Source of the DNA: Myxococcota bacterium
Lineage (GTDB): Bacteria > Myxococcota_A > UBA796 > CAJQPC01
NCBI GenBank assembly: GCA_036012755.1
Contig: DASCPX010000016.1
Span: 96,001 to 160,000, forward strand
Direction: 5' to 3'
Length of the DNA stretch: 64,000 nucleotides
A program made the position numbers and the translations under genes. Shown here piece after piece: positions 1 to 10,285 of this stretch. The stretch's first letter is position 1. Each line of letters starts with the position of its first letter. The notes under the pieces were generated by a model. That model was not told the origin of the DNA. It searched no databases and saw only the letters and a program-made list of their open reading frames with translations.

Positions 1-1414
<1,414 letters not shown>

Positions 1415-1435
1415 TCACGAAAAGTCACCTGTTCC

Positions 1436-2527
1436 CTAACAGGTGACAGTGCCCTCCTCCACCTCGTACGCGCGGACCTCGACAGTTGTTCCAGCGCGCA
1501 CCACGTCTGGCTCCGTGGTCGTCACGAAGCACTGCAGATCCAACTCTTCGAGGAGCTGAACCAGGCGTCCGGTGCGGAGGCGATCCAGCTCGCTCGAGAG
1601 ATCGTCGAGCAAGAACAGCGGGCGAGCTCCACGGGCCCTGGCAGCCAGCAGCTCGGCGAGCTTCAGCGCGAGCACCAGGCTGCGGGTCTGCCCTTGGCTG
1701 GCGAAGGCGCGCGCCGGCTTGTCGTCGAGGCACAGCTCGAGGTCATCCCGCTGGGGCCCGACGAGGTTGGCGCCCCTCTCGATGGAGCTCGCCCTCGTGC
1801 GCTCGAGGGCAGCGAGGTAGGCACCGGCGAGCTCCTCGTGGCCATCGACCTCTGGGAGGCAGCTGCGGTAGGACATGGTGGCCTCTCCGCGGCCGGAGAT
1901 GCGCGCGTGCAGCTCGGTGAAAGGCCCGGCGAGCTCAGAGAGCAGGCGGCGACGGCGTGCCACGAGGCGAGCACCAGCGGCGGCGAGCTGCGTGTCGAAG
2001 ACGGCGAGCTGATCTCGATCGACCGGGAATCGCCGAAGCAGGGCCGCGCGCTGATCCAGCAGGCGCTTGTGGATCTGGGCGATCTCGAGGAAGGTCGCCG
2101 AGGCCGTGAAGGCAGCCCGATCGACGAAGGCGCGCCGGAGCTCCGGAGCCCCACGGACCAGCGCGACATCCTCTGGAGCGAAGAGGACTGCCCTGATGCC
2201 CTCGAAGTACTCGCGGAGCTTGCTCGGGGGCTTGCCGTCGATGAAGCCACGCTTGGAGCTCGGCTGGACCTCGAGCACCAGCTCACGGACGAGGTGGCCG
2301 TCGTCGATGCGACCGCGCACCCAGGCGCGACCGCAGCCGAAGCGGATGAGCTCGCGGTTTCGGCGGGTACGAAAGCTCTTCAAGGTCGCCAGGGCGTAGA
2401 CGGCCTCGAGCAGGTTGGTCTTGCCCTGGGCGTTGGCGCCATGGAGAACGACGAAGCTCGCGTCGCAGTCCAGCTCGGCGGTGGCGATGTTGCGCCAGTC
2501 CGCCAGCTGGAGCGACGAGAGCCTCAA
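1436..2527 (-). CDS. recF: DNA replication/repair protein RecF
   Basis: GANAQGKTNLLEA Walker A, GPQRDDL, ASQGQ, LLDDLSSELD; canonical position. Confidence 0.97.
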   Translation of the reverse strand: MRLSSLQLADWRNIATAELDCDASFVVLHGANAQGKTNLLEAVYALATLKSFRTRRNRELIRFGCGRAWVRGRIDDGHLVRELVLEVQPSSKRGFIDGKPPSKLREYFEGIRAVLFAPEDVALVRGAPELRRAFVDRAAFTASATFLEIAQIHKRLLDQRAALLRRFPVDRDQLAVFDTQLAAAGARLVARRRRLLSELAGPFTELHARISGRGEATMSYRSCLPEVDGHEELAGAYLAALERTRASSIERGANLVGPQRDDLELCLDDKPARAFASQGQTRSLVLALKLAELLAARARGARPLFLLDDLSSELDRLRTGRLVQLLEELDLQCFVTTTEPDVVRAGTTVEVRAYEVEEGTVTC

Positions 2528-3645
2528 TCCAGACGCATCGGCATGACGATGAGCAGGGAGTCGTCGCTTTCCGGCTGGCGGATCAGCGCCGGAGAGAGGG
2601 CGTCGCCGAGCTCGATGATGACGCGATCGCCCTCGACGGCCTGCAGCACTTCCTGGAAGTACCGGATGTTGAAGCCGATGTCGACGGCGTCGCCCTCCAT
2701 CTCGATGGGGATCTGCTCGCGGGCCTCGCCGAGGTCGCTGTGGCTCGCAGTGACCGTGACCGCCCCGTCGCCGAAAGCGAAGCGCACCGGACGACCGCGG
2801 TCCTGGGCGAGCACCGCGACCCGCTTCAAGGCAGCGTTCAAGGCGTCCTTGTGGGCGAAGGCCCGACGCTGGTAGCTGGTCGGCACGACCTGGCGGTAGT
2901 CCGGAAACTCCCCGTCGATCAGGCGGAAGTAGAAGCGAGCGCTGGAGGTGGTCACCAGGGCAGCGCTCTCGCCGAAGGAGATCTCCACCAGCTCCTCGTC
3001 GTTGCCGCAGAGCTTCTTCATCTCACCCAGCGCCTTGCGAGGGACCAGCATGCGCTCCGGCATGCCGAACTCGCCCTCGAAGGAGCACTGGGCAAAGGAC
3101 AGTCGGTGGCCGTCGGTCGCGACCAGGCGCAACAGGCGGTCTCCGTCGTTGCCGTCGACGACCTCGAGATGGCCGCCGTTGATGCCCCAGCGGTTGTCGT
3201 CCTGGCAGACCACGAAGCCCACCTGCTCGATGAGCCAGCGCAGCGTACCGCCCTGGATCTTGATGGAGGAGCGTCCGTCGAAGTCCGGCAGCGCGGGGAA
3301 GTCGGCGGCCGGAAGGCCCACCACCTTGTACCAGGCCGAGCCGCTGGTCACCTGCAGGCGCATCTGCGCCCCGAGCTCGAGGTGCGCGGTGTCGTCCGGA
3401 AGGACCTTTGCGATCTGGAACAGCGACTGGGCGTCGACAGTGACCTCGCCCGGCGCCACGACGTTGGCGGGGAAGTCTCCGATGAAGGCCAGCTCGGTGT
3501 CGGTGGCCGTGAGGCGCAAGCGATCCTCTGCAGCCTCCAGCAGTACGTGCGAGAGGATGGGGTTCGGGGTGTTGCGCCGCTCGACGATTCCCTGCACCCG
3601 GCCGAGGCCCGAGAGGAAGGCGTTGCGATCGATGTACAGCTCCAT
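2524..3645 (-). CDS. dnaN: DNA polymerase III beta sliding clamp
   Basis: LTATDTE, VATDGHRL, LIDGEFPDY, C-terminal VMPMRL. Confidence 0.97.
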   Translation of the reverse strand: MELYIDRNAFLSGLGRVQGIVERRNTPNPILSHVLLEAAEDRLRLTATDTELAFIGDFPANVVAPGEVTVDAQSLFQIAKVLPDDTAHLELGAQMRLQVTSGSAWYKVVGLPAADFPALPDFDGRSSIKIQGGTLRWLIEQVGFVVCQDDNRWGINGGHLEVVDGNDGDRLLRLVATDGHRLSFAQCSFEGEFGMPERMLVPRKALGEMKKLCGNDEELVEISFGESAALVTTSSARFYFRLIDGEFPDYRQVVPTSYQRRAFAHKDALNAALKRVAVLAQDRGRPVRFAFGDGAVTVTASHSDLGEAREQIPIEMEGDAVDIGFNIRYFQEVLQAVEGDRVIIELGDALSPALIRQPESDDSLLIVMPMRLD

Positions 3646-3915
3646 GGTGGGCTGGCTCCGCTGCGAAGAAGAAGAAGAGAAGTAGATCTAGTGATCGATC
3701 ATCATCATCATGATCGAGCTCTGTGGATGCTGGGGATAACCTCACAAAGACCCGAGATCATGGCCAAGTCGAAGGGGGCAACAGTGGCGTGATCCAGTGG
3801 ACGAGCTTGTTGGTGGATCGTGGACTTCCACGTCGTGCGCCGTGAGCGCCTGGTTGTCCCCATTCGTCCACAAGCTGTGCCCAACGCTGTTCCACGATCG
3901 ATCACAGGCTTGTCC
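3646..3915. other. Probable replication origin oriC
   Basis: dnaA-dnaN intergenic gap. DnaA-box-like 9-mers TGTGGATGC (3722-3730), TGGGGATAA (3731-3739), TTGTCCCCA (3854-3862), TCGTCCACA (3864-3872). AT-richer GAA/CAT/GAT triplet run at 3665-3715. Confidence 0.8.
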
Positions 3916-5241
3916 TCAGGTCCCGAGGTTCCGCTCGAGAGCCTCGACGTGGTTGCGAATGTCCGGATCCTTCTCGACCAGCTTCGCGACCTTCTTGCAG
4001 GCATGCTGGACGGTCGAGTGGTCCCTCCCGCCGAAGGAACGACCCAGGTCGGGGAAGGACAGCCCGGTGTGCTTCCGCGCCAGGTACATGGCGATCTGGC
4101 GCGGCCGGACGATGCCCTTGAGCTTGCGTCTCCCGACGAGGTCCGCGACCTTGATGTTGAAGAAGCGGGCGACCGCCTTCTTGATGTGGTCGGGGGTCAG
4201 GACCTGGGGATCCTCGGCCAAGAGGTTGCCGAGGTTGCGCCGGGTGAACTCCAGCGACAGCGGCTCGTCGTAGAAGCGCTCCAGCGCCGCCAGGCGGTTC
4301 AAGGCGCCCTCGAGCTCGCGCACGTTTCCCTGGACGCGCGAGCTGATCCAGAGAGCGACCTCGTCGTCGAGCTCGAGGCCGACCTCTTCGGCCTTGGAGT
4401 GGAGGATGGCGATCATGGTCTCGACATCCGGTGGCTGGATGTCTGCGAGCAGACCGCCCTCGAAGCGGGTCCGCAGCCGCGGCGCGAGCTTGTCGATGTC
4501 TCGTGGGAGCACATCGGCGGTGAGAATGATCTGCTTGCCTGCGTTCTTCAGGGCCTCGAAGGTGTGGAAGAACTCCTCCTGAGAGCGGTCCCGGCCCGAG
4601 AGGAACTGGATGTCGTCGATGATGACCACGTCGGCCTGCTGGCGGTACCGCTCCCGGAACTCCTCCATGCGCTTGAAGCGGAGACCGCCGATCATGTCGT
4701 TCACGAAGTCTTCTGCGGTCGTGTAGATGACGCCGACGTTGGGGTCTCGCTCCTGCATGCGGTTGCCGATGGCCTGGACCAGGTGGGTCTTGCCGGTGCC
4801 CGTGTGGCCGAAGACGAACAGCGGGTTGTAGTTCTGGCCGGGGAAGTCCGCGACGGCGAGGGCGGCGGCGTTGGCGAACTTGTTGCACGTCCCGACGACA
4901 TAGCTCTCGAAGGTCTTGTCCACGTTGAGGCTGTGGGAGCGCCGAGGCCGGGCCTCGCTTCGAGGTGTCGGGTCCCCAGGGTCCAGGGCGCCAGCCGCCT
5001 CGTTCTCCACGCTGAACTCGACCCGGATCGGATGCCCGACGGCCTTGGCGAGCTCCTCCAGGAAGACCTGCTGGTAGTTGTCCCGGACCCAGTCCGAGTA
5101 GTAGCGGTTCGGCACCTCGAGAGAGACCAGATCCCCCCTCAGGGTGAGCATGCGGATGGGCTTGATCCAGATCTCGTAGTTCTGGACGCCGATGCGCTCT
5201 TCAATGCGCTGCTGCACATCCTTCCAGATCGCTGTCGACAA
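3916..5241 (-). CDS. dnaA: Chromosomal replication initiator DnaA
   Basis: YNPLFVFGHTGTGKTHL, IDDIQFL, QEEFFHTF, GGRDHSTV. Start placed at TTG 5241 (GGGAG upstream) rather than the ORF-track start at 5493. Confidence 0.97.
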   Translation of the reverse strand: MSTAIWKDVQQRIEERIGVQNYEIWIKPIRMLTLRGDLVSLEVPNRYYSDWVRDNYQQVFLEELAKAVGHPIRVEFSVENEAAGALDPGDPTPRSEARPRRSHSLNVDKTFESYVVGTCNKFANAAALAVADFPGQNYNPLFVFGHTGTGKTHLVQAIGNRMQERDPNVGVIYTTAEDFVNDMIGGLRFKRMEEFRERYRQQADVVIIDDIQFLSGRDRSQEEFFHTFEALKNAGKQIILTADVLPRDIDKLAPRLRTRFEGGLLADIQPPDVETMIAILHSKAEEVGLELDDEVALWISSRVQGNVRELEGALNRLAALERFYDEPLSLEFTRRNLGNLLAEDPQVLTPDHIKKAVARFFNIKVADLVGRRKLKGIVRPRQIAMYLARKHTGLSFPDLGRSFGGRDHSTVQHACKKVAKLVEKDPDIRNHVEALERNLGT

Positions 5242-5492
5242 CGCACCACTCCCAAACGAGCAACGCTCTCGCGGCGCCGCCGACCAACAACCCGCCATTG
5301 ATGGCGGAGCTACGGATGCTATCGGAGAGCGCTCGGGAGCACAAGGCGATCGCCGACAATGGAGAAGTCCGCGATCTTTCCTCGCTATTCCAGCATCTTG
5401 GCGGGGCGTGAGGGGATCGTCCGATCGATTTGCGACAAGCTCGCTGAGGCGATAGACAGGCGGGCTGTCACTTCTTCGATTCGAGGCTTCCA

Positions 5493-5648
5493 ATGAAGCG
5501 CACGTACCAGCCCAGCAACATCAAGCGGAAGCGCTCCCACGGCTTCCGCGCTCGCATGTCCACCCCGGGCGGTCGCAAGATCATCGCGCGTCGTCGCGCA
5601 AAGGGCCGCAAGCTGCTCGTTCCCACCGTCCGCACCAAGCGCAGCTGA
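5493..5648 (+). CDS. rpmH: 50S ribosomal protein L34
   Basis: Own translation [42 protein letters not shown]...; below the ORF-track length cutoff. Confidence 0.97.
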   Translation: MKRTYQPSNIKRKRSHGFRARMSTPGGRKIIARRRAKGRKLLVPTVRTKRS

Positions 5649-6016
5649 AGCCCGGTGAGTCCTCCGCTGGCTTCGGCTTCCCGAAGTCCGCACGCCTCCT
5701 TCTTTCCCATGACTTCCGCCGTGTACAGGGAAGGGGACGGCGAATCCGCACCCGCCATCTGCTGGTGCTCTACACGCCGGGCCGACGCGAGGAGTCTCGT
5801 TGGGGGCTGGTAGTCAGCAAGAAGGTAGGAAAAGCCGTGACCCGCAACCAGGTGAAGCGTTGGCTTCGCGAGTCCATCCGCCACCGGCGGAGGGAGCTTG
5901 TCGGTGCCTGGGATCTGGCTGTGATCGCCTCGCCTCGAGCGGCGGACTCCACCTTTTCTGTCCTGGACGAAGAGATCGCAGAGGTCGTGAAGACCCTGTC
6001 CCAGAGGGCGGGATGA
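5645..6016 (+). CDS. rnpA: Ribonuclease P protein component (start codon uncertain, CTG at 5645 proposed)
   Basis: [17 protein letters not shown]...[25 protein letters not shown]; position after rpmH. Confidence 0.9.
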   Translation: MKPGESSAGFGFPKSARLLLSHDFRRVQGRGRRIRTRHLLVLYTPGRREESRWGLVVSKKVGKAVTRNQVKRWLRESIRHRRRELVGAWDLAVIASPRAADSTFSVLDEEIAEVVKTLSQRAG

Positions 6017-6249
6017 GTCGGTTGTTGACCGAACTCCTCGTCCTTCCGATCCGCGCCTGGCAGCTGTTGGTCTCCAGCTGGATGCCGCCTGTCTGTCGCT
6101 TCGAGCCCAGCTGCAGTCGCTACGGCATCGAAGCCCTCCGCGTTCACGGCCCCCTGCGAGGCCTCTGGCTCGGTGGCCGCCGCATCCTCCGCTGCAATCC
6201 CTTCTGCGAGGGTGGCTTCGACCCCGTCCCGCCCATCGAGCTGGACTGA
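6013..6249 (+). CDS. yidD: Membrane protein insertion efficiency factor YidD
   Basis: CRFEPSCSRY...RILRCNPF..GGFDPVP; ATG 6013 overlaps the rnpA stop. Confidence 0.95.
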   Translation: MSRLLTELLVLPIRAWQLLVSSWMPPVCRFEPSCSRYGIEALRVHGPLRGLWLGGRRILRCNPFCEGGFDPVPPIELD

Positions 6250-7955
6250 TGGCCATCAACCGCAAGAAGGACAAGGGCCAGGAGCAGCGCACCATCTTCG
6301 CGATGCTGCTGTGCATGGGGCTGTTCTTCGGGTGGTCCTACTTCTTCGGTCCGGAGCCTCCTCCTCCTGCGGAGATCCCGGCGGAGGTCCCGGCGGAGGT
6401 CCCGGCAGCGAACGGGACGGCGACGGTCGAGGCACCGGTCGCGGCGCCCGTCGTCGAGATCCCGGAGCGCCAGGTCGACTTCGTCACGGACGAGGTCAGC
6501 GCCAAGCTCTCGTCCCACGGCGGCAGCCTGCGCAGCATCCTCCTGCCGAACCACGAGGCGGCCTACGAGCCTACCCCCATCTGGGTCTGGGTCTGGGACA
6601 AGATCACCGGCGACGCAGACGATTCCTGGTCCGCATATGGGGACGACCCCGGCACCGAGGAGGTGGTCCACCCCGACGGGATCCTCCTGGCTGCGGGCTC
6701 CGGCTCTGGCTTCGCCGAGTCCGACTACCTGCTGTCCGAGACCAAGGAAGGCTGGACCGCCACCGCGACGACCTCTCAGGGCGTCCGGGTGACCAAGACC
6801 TGGCGCTACACGGACGACCCGAACGTCCTCGAGGCCAGCGTCGAGTTCGTGAACGACAGCGGCGTGCGCTTCGAGGGCCCCCTCTGGATCGGCAGCTGGG
6901 ATCGCTTCTCCGGCGGCGACGGCATGATGGCCCGCTACACGAACTTCGGCCGCCCCTTCAGCCTCGTCGACGGAGACTTCGAGCAGCTGGACTCGCTGGA
7001 GGACATCGACGAGGACGGCGCTGAGCACTTCGAGGGCGAGGTCGGCTGGCTCGGTCTCGGCGACCGCTACTTCCTCGCCGTGCTCGTCCCGGACCGGACC
7101 GACTGGGGTTCCTTCCGCTTCGACAAGGGCGTGGACTCGGGCACCTACGGGGCCTTCGTCGTCAACGACGGCGTCGTTCTGGAGCCCGGCGCCGGGGAGC
7201 GTCTCGATTTCCAGGTCTACCTCGGTCCGAGGGACCTGGTGACCCTGGACGATCTCGGCCACGACCTCGATCTGGCTGTCGACTTCGGCTTCTTCGGCTT
7301 CTTCGCCAAGATCCTGCTCTGGCTGCTGCACCTCGTCTACGGGGTCCTGGGCAGCTGGGGCTTCTCGATCATCGTGCTGACCCTGCTGATGAAGGCCGCC
7401 TTCTGGCCCCTGACCCGGAAGTCCTTCGAGTCCGGCCAGAAGATGAAGGCCCTGCAGCCGCAGATCGAGGAGCTCAAGAAGAAGTACGGCGACGACGCCC
7501 AGCGAATGGGCCAGGAGCAGATGAAGCTCTTCAAGGACAACGGGGTCAACCCGATGTCCGGCTGCCTCCCCATGCTGCTCCAGATGCCCGTCTGGATCGC
7601 CCTGTACTCCGCCCTGCTCTACAGCGCCGACCTCTACCACGCCGAGTTCTTCTACCTGAAGGACCTCTCGGTGATGGACCCCTACGCGGTCCTTCCGCTG
7701 ATCGTCGGCGTCATGATGCTCCTCCAGCAGAAGCTCACCCCGATGAGCCCCAGCATGGATCCGATGCAGCAGAAGATGATGCGGCTGATGCCCTTCATGT
7801 TCGTGGCCATCTATTTCATCTTTCCGGCGGGCCTCGCGTTGTACGCGACGGTCAACACCAGCCTGTCCATCCTCCAGATGTGGCTGATCCGCCGAAAGCT
7901 CGCCAACACCGACAACAACCACACGGGGCCGAAAAAGGCGCTTGCAGCCAAGTAG
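6249..7955 (+). CDS. yidC: Membrane protein insertase YidC
   Basis: N-terminal TM, periplasmic domain, WGFSIIVLT, NPMSGCLPMLLQMPVWIALY, FPAGLALY. Confidence 0.97.
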   Translation: MAINRKKDKGQEQRTIFAMLLCMGLFFGWSYFFGPEPPPPAEIPAEVPAEVPAANGTATVEAPVAAPVVEIPERQVDFVTDEVSAKLSSHGGSLRSILLPNHEAAYEPTPIWVWVWDKITGDADDSWSAYGDDPGTEEVVHPDGILLAAGSGSGFAESDYLLSETKEGWTATATTSQGVRVTKTWRYTDDPNVLEASVEFVNDSGVRFEGPLWIGSWDRFSGGDGMMARYTNFGRPFSLVDGDFEQLDSLEDIDEDGAEHFEGEVGWLGLGDRYFLAVLVPDRTDWGSFRFDKGVDSGTYGAFVVNDGVVLEPGAGERLDFQVYLGPRDLVTLDDLGHDLDLAVDFGFFGFFAKILLWLLHLVYGVLGSWGFSIIVLTLLMKAAFWPLTRKSFESGQKMKALQPQIEELKKKYGDDAQRMGQEQMKLFKDNGVNPMSGCLPMLLQMPVWIALYSALLYSADLYHAEFFYLKDLSVMDPYAVLPLIVGVMMLLQQKLTPMSPSMDPMQQKMMRLMPFMFVAIYFIFPAGLALYATVNTSLSILQMWLIRRKLANTDNNHTGPKKALAAK

Positions 7956-7970
7956 GACCAAGGACAGAAC

Positions 7971-8951
7971 ATGAGTTTGAACGAAGCCGCGCCCGAGGGC
8001 GCAACCACCATCTCCGCCGAGGGCGAGGACATCAAGACGGCCCTGGCCGCAGCTGCCACCGAGCTCGGCGTCGACGCCGGGGGCCTCCGCTACGAGGTCG
8101 ACAAGAGCTGGTTCCGCAACGAGAACGGTTCCGTCGTTCCACGCGACACCGTGAAGGTCATCGTCTGGCAGCGCGACGCCTCCGAGGTCGCGGTCATCGG
8201 CGACACGAGCAAGTGGATGACCGAGCTCTTGAAGCACCTCGAGATCGACGGGCAGGTCAACGTCGCCCTGGCCGACGCCGCCGTCGCCGTTCGCATCCGT
8301 TGCGACAAGGCGGGCCGGCTCGTCGGGCGACGCGGCCGCACCCTGCAGGCTGTCGAGCATCTGCTCGCCCAGTCCGTCGGCGCGGACCACCCGGACGCGA
8401 GGTTCCGCATCGACGTCGCAGACACCCGCAAGCGAGAGGACCGTGACGAGCGCGGCGGCCGCCGAGATCGTGGTGAGCGCCGGGACCGCGGTGACCGCGG
8501 TGAGCGCCGAGATCGTGGTGACCGCGGTGAGCGCCGGGATCGCGGTGACCGCCGGGATCGCGGTGAGCGCCGGGATCGCGGTGAGCGCCGGGATCGCGGT
8601 GACCGCGGTGACCGTCGGGACAAGCAGGACGACGCCCGCAACCAGCGTCGGCTCGAGGACCTCGCCAAGAAGATCGCCAAGCGCGTCGCGAAGTCCGGCG
8701 AGTCCGAGGTCGTCCGCAAGGAGCTCAACAGCTTCGACCGCCGGATCGTGCACGTGACCATCGCCGAGGTCGATGGCGTCGGGACCCGGAGCATCGGCGA
8801 CGGTAACCACAAGCAGATCGAGATCTACCCCCTGAACGAGTTCACCGACGACGACACCTCGACCGACGAGGTCACGGACGTCGAGGAAAGCGTCGAGGAA
8901 AGCGTCGAGGAAAGCGTCGAGGCATCCGAGGGGACCGAAGCGTCCGCGTGA
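7971..8951 (+). CDS. jag: Jag/KhpB (EloR) RNA-binding protein, KH + R3H domains
   Basis: GRLVGRRGRTLQA (KH), LNSFDRRIVH (R3H), TRSIGDG; canonical synteny. Confidence 0.9.
   Translation: MSLNEAAPEGATTISAEGEDIKTALAAAATELGVDAGGLRYEVDKSWFRNENGSVVPRDTVKVIVWQRDASEVAVIGDTSKWMTELLKHLEIDGQVNVALADAAVAVRIRCDKAGRLVGRRGRTLQAVEHLLAQSVGADHPDARFRIDVADTRKREDRDERGGRRDRGERRDRGDRGERRDRGDRGERRDRGDRRDRGERRDRGERRDRGDRGDRRDKQDDARNQRRLEDLAKKIAKRVAKSGESEVVRKELNSFDRRIVHVTIAEVDGVGTRSIGDGNHKQIEIYPLNEFTDDDTSTDEVTDVEESVEESVEESVEASEGTEASA
8455..8620 (+). repeat. Coding tandem repeat encoding (RRDRGE/DRGD)n inside jag
   Basis: Repeated 9/18/27-bp units such as CGCCGGGATCGCGGTGAG. Boundaries approximate. Confidence 0.9.
8879..8922 (+). 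repeat. 12-bp tandem repeat CGTCGAGGAAAG x3 plus a partial copy (VEES) in the jag tail
   Basis: Exact copies at 8879, 8891 and 8903; partial copy at 8915. Confidence 0.9.
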
Positions 8952-8967
8952 ACGGGCTGGAGAGCTC

Positions 8968-10275
8968 GTGAGAATCGTCGCCTGCGCGACCCCATGGGGG
9001 CGCGCGGCGATCGCCGTCGTGCGCCTCAGCGGCGAAGACATCGATGTCCTCGCCAGGCGCTTCGTGCGCCCGGGCGGCGGCTGGCCCCCACCTCGGCGGG
9101 CCCGGCTCGCCGAGCTCTTCGACGCGGACGGGGTCTTCGACGAGGGCCTGCTCACGTGGATGCCAGGGCCTCACAGCTACACGGGCGAGGACTGCCTCGA
9201 GCTGAGCTGTCACGGCAACCCGCTGTCGGTGGAGCGCCTGTTGGCCGCGGCGGTCTCCGCGGGCGCGCGCATCGCCGAGCCGGGGGAGTTCACCCGGCGG
9301 GCCTTCTTGAACGGTCGGCTCGATCTCACCCGCGCAGAGGCCGTGCTCCAGGCCATCGAGGCCCGCTCGGCCCGGGGGCTAGAGGTCGCGCGAGCGGGGC
9401 AGCTCGGAGAGATCCTGGCCTTGTCCGAGTCGCTCCGGCAGGGTCTCGTGGATGCCCTCGCCGAGCTCGAGGCCAGGATCGACCACCCGGCAGAGGACCT
9501 CGTCTACGAGCAGGACGCCGTGCTTCGGGCTCGACTCGCGTCGATCGGGGATCGCGCGCGCGCCGCTGCCGCCACCTTTCGCGCCGGAGTCGTCCTGGTC
9601 GAGGGCGCGACAGTGGCCCTGGTGGGGCCGGTCAATGGGGGCAAGTCCTCGCTGTTCAACGCCCTGGGTGGCTCGACGCGAGCGCTGGTCAGTCCGACGC
9701 CGGGCACCACCCGGGACGTCATCGAGCGCCCCGTCATCCTCTGCGGCGTCGCGGTCACGCTGCTCGACACCGCCGGCCAGCGCCCGGCCAGGGGTCTCGA
9801 GGCAGAGGGCATCGCGCTGGGCCGGGCCCTGGTGGAGCACGCTGATCTCTTCGTCGTCGTCGTTCCTGCTCACGAGCCCGAGGCGGCCGCGGAGGTGCTC
9901 CGTTGGTCCGAAGGGCGCCACCGCCTCATCGTTCACAACCACGCGGATCGGGCGCCGGTGCTCGAGGGGCTCTCCACCGTCGCTTCCGAGGGCCTGGGGG
10001 TCGACGCCCTCGGCGAGGCCATCGCGCACTGTCTCCTCGGTGAGGAGCCCGGTGGCGCCGGGGTCGTCATCGCTTCGCAGCGTCAGCGGGATCGCTTGTT
10101 GGAGGTCAGCGAGGCAGTCGAGCGCTGCCTGGCCGCGATGGCCTCTGATGCGGGGGAAGCCATCGCCGCCCAGGAATTGTATGGTGCCTTGGAGCGGCTC
10201 GACGCGCTGACTGGCCGTGACGGCCGCGAGGCGGTGCTGGAGGCCCTCTTCTCCCGCTTCTGCATCGGAAAGTAG
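8968..10275 (+). CDS. mnmE: tRNA modification GTPase MnmE
   Basis: PHSYTGED, HG, GEFTRRAFLNGRLDL, GTTRD, DTAG, C-terminal FSRFCIGK. Confidence 0.96.
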   Translation: MRIVACATPWGRAAIAVVRLSGEDIDVLARRFVRPGGGWPPPRRARLAELFDADGVFDEGLLTWMPGPHSYTGEDCLELSCHGNPLSVERLLAAAVSAGARIAEPGEFTRRAFLNGRLDLTRAEAVLQAIEARSARGLEVARAGQLGEILALSESLRQGLVDALAELEARIDHPAEDLVYEQDAVLRARLASIGDRARAAAATFRAGVVLVEGATVALVGPVNGGKSSLFNALGGSTRALVSPTPGTTRDVIERPVILCGVAVTLLDTAGQRPARGLEAEGIALGRALVEHADLFVVVVPAHEPEAAAEVLRWSEGRHRLIVHNHADRAPVLEGLSTVASEGLGVDALGEAIAHCLLGEEPGGAGVVIASQRQRDRLLEVSEAVERCLAAMASDAGEAIAAQELYGALERLDALTGRDGREAVLEALFSRFCIGK

Positions 10276-10285
10276 GATCTCCAGC

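Noticed and set aside
3888..3904. TGTTCCACGATCGATCA as a parS site
   Set aside because: Only the left half matches the parS palindrome; better read as a degenerate DnaA box.
8455..8620. Regular repeats resembling a CRISPR array
   Set aside because: No unique spacers, in frame within jag, and no cas genes.
6144..9155. Very long antisense ORFs (e.g. 1003 aa here, also 12538..15204, 19287..21563, 57666..60152)
   Set aside because: Shadow frames of real genes, caused by high-GC codon bias; no recognisable motifs.
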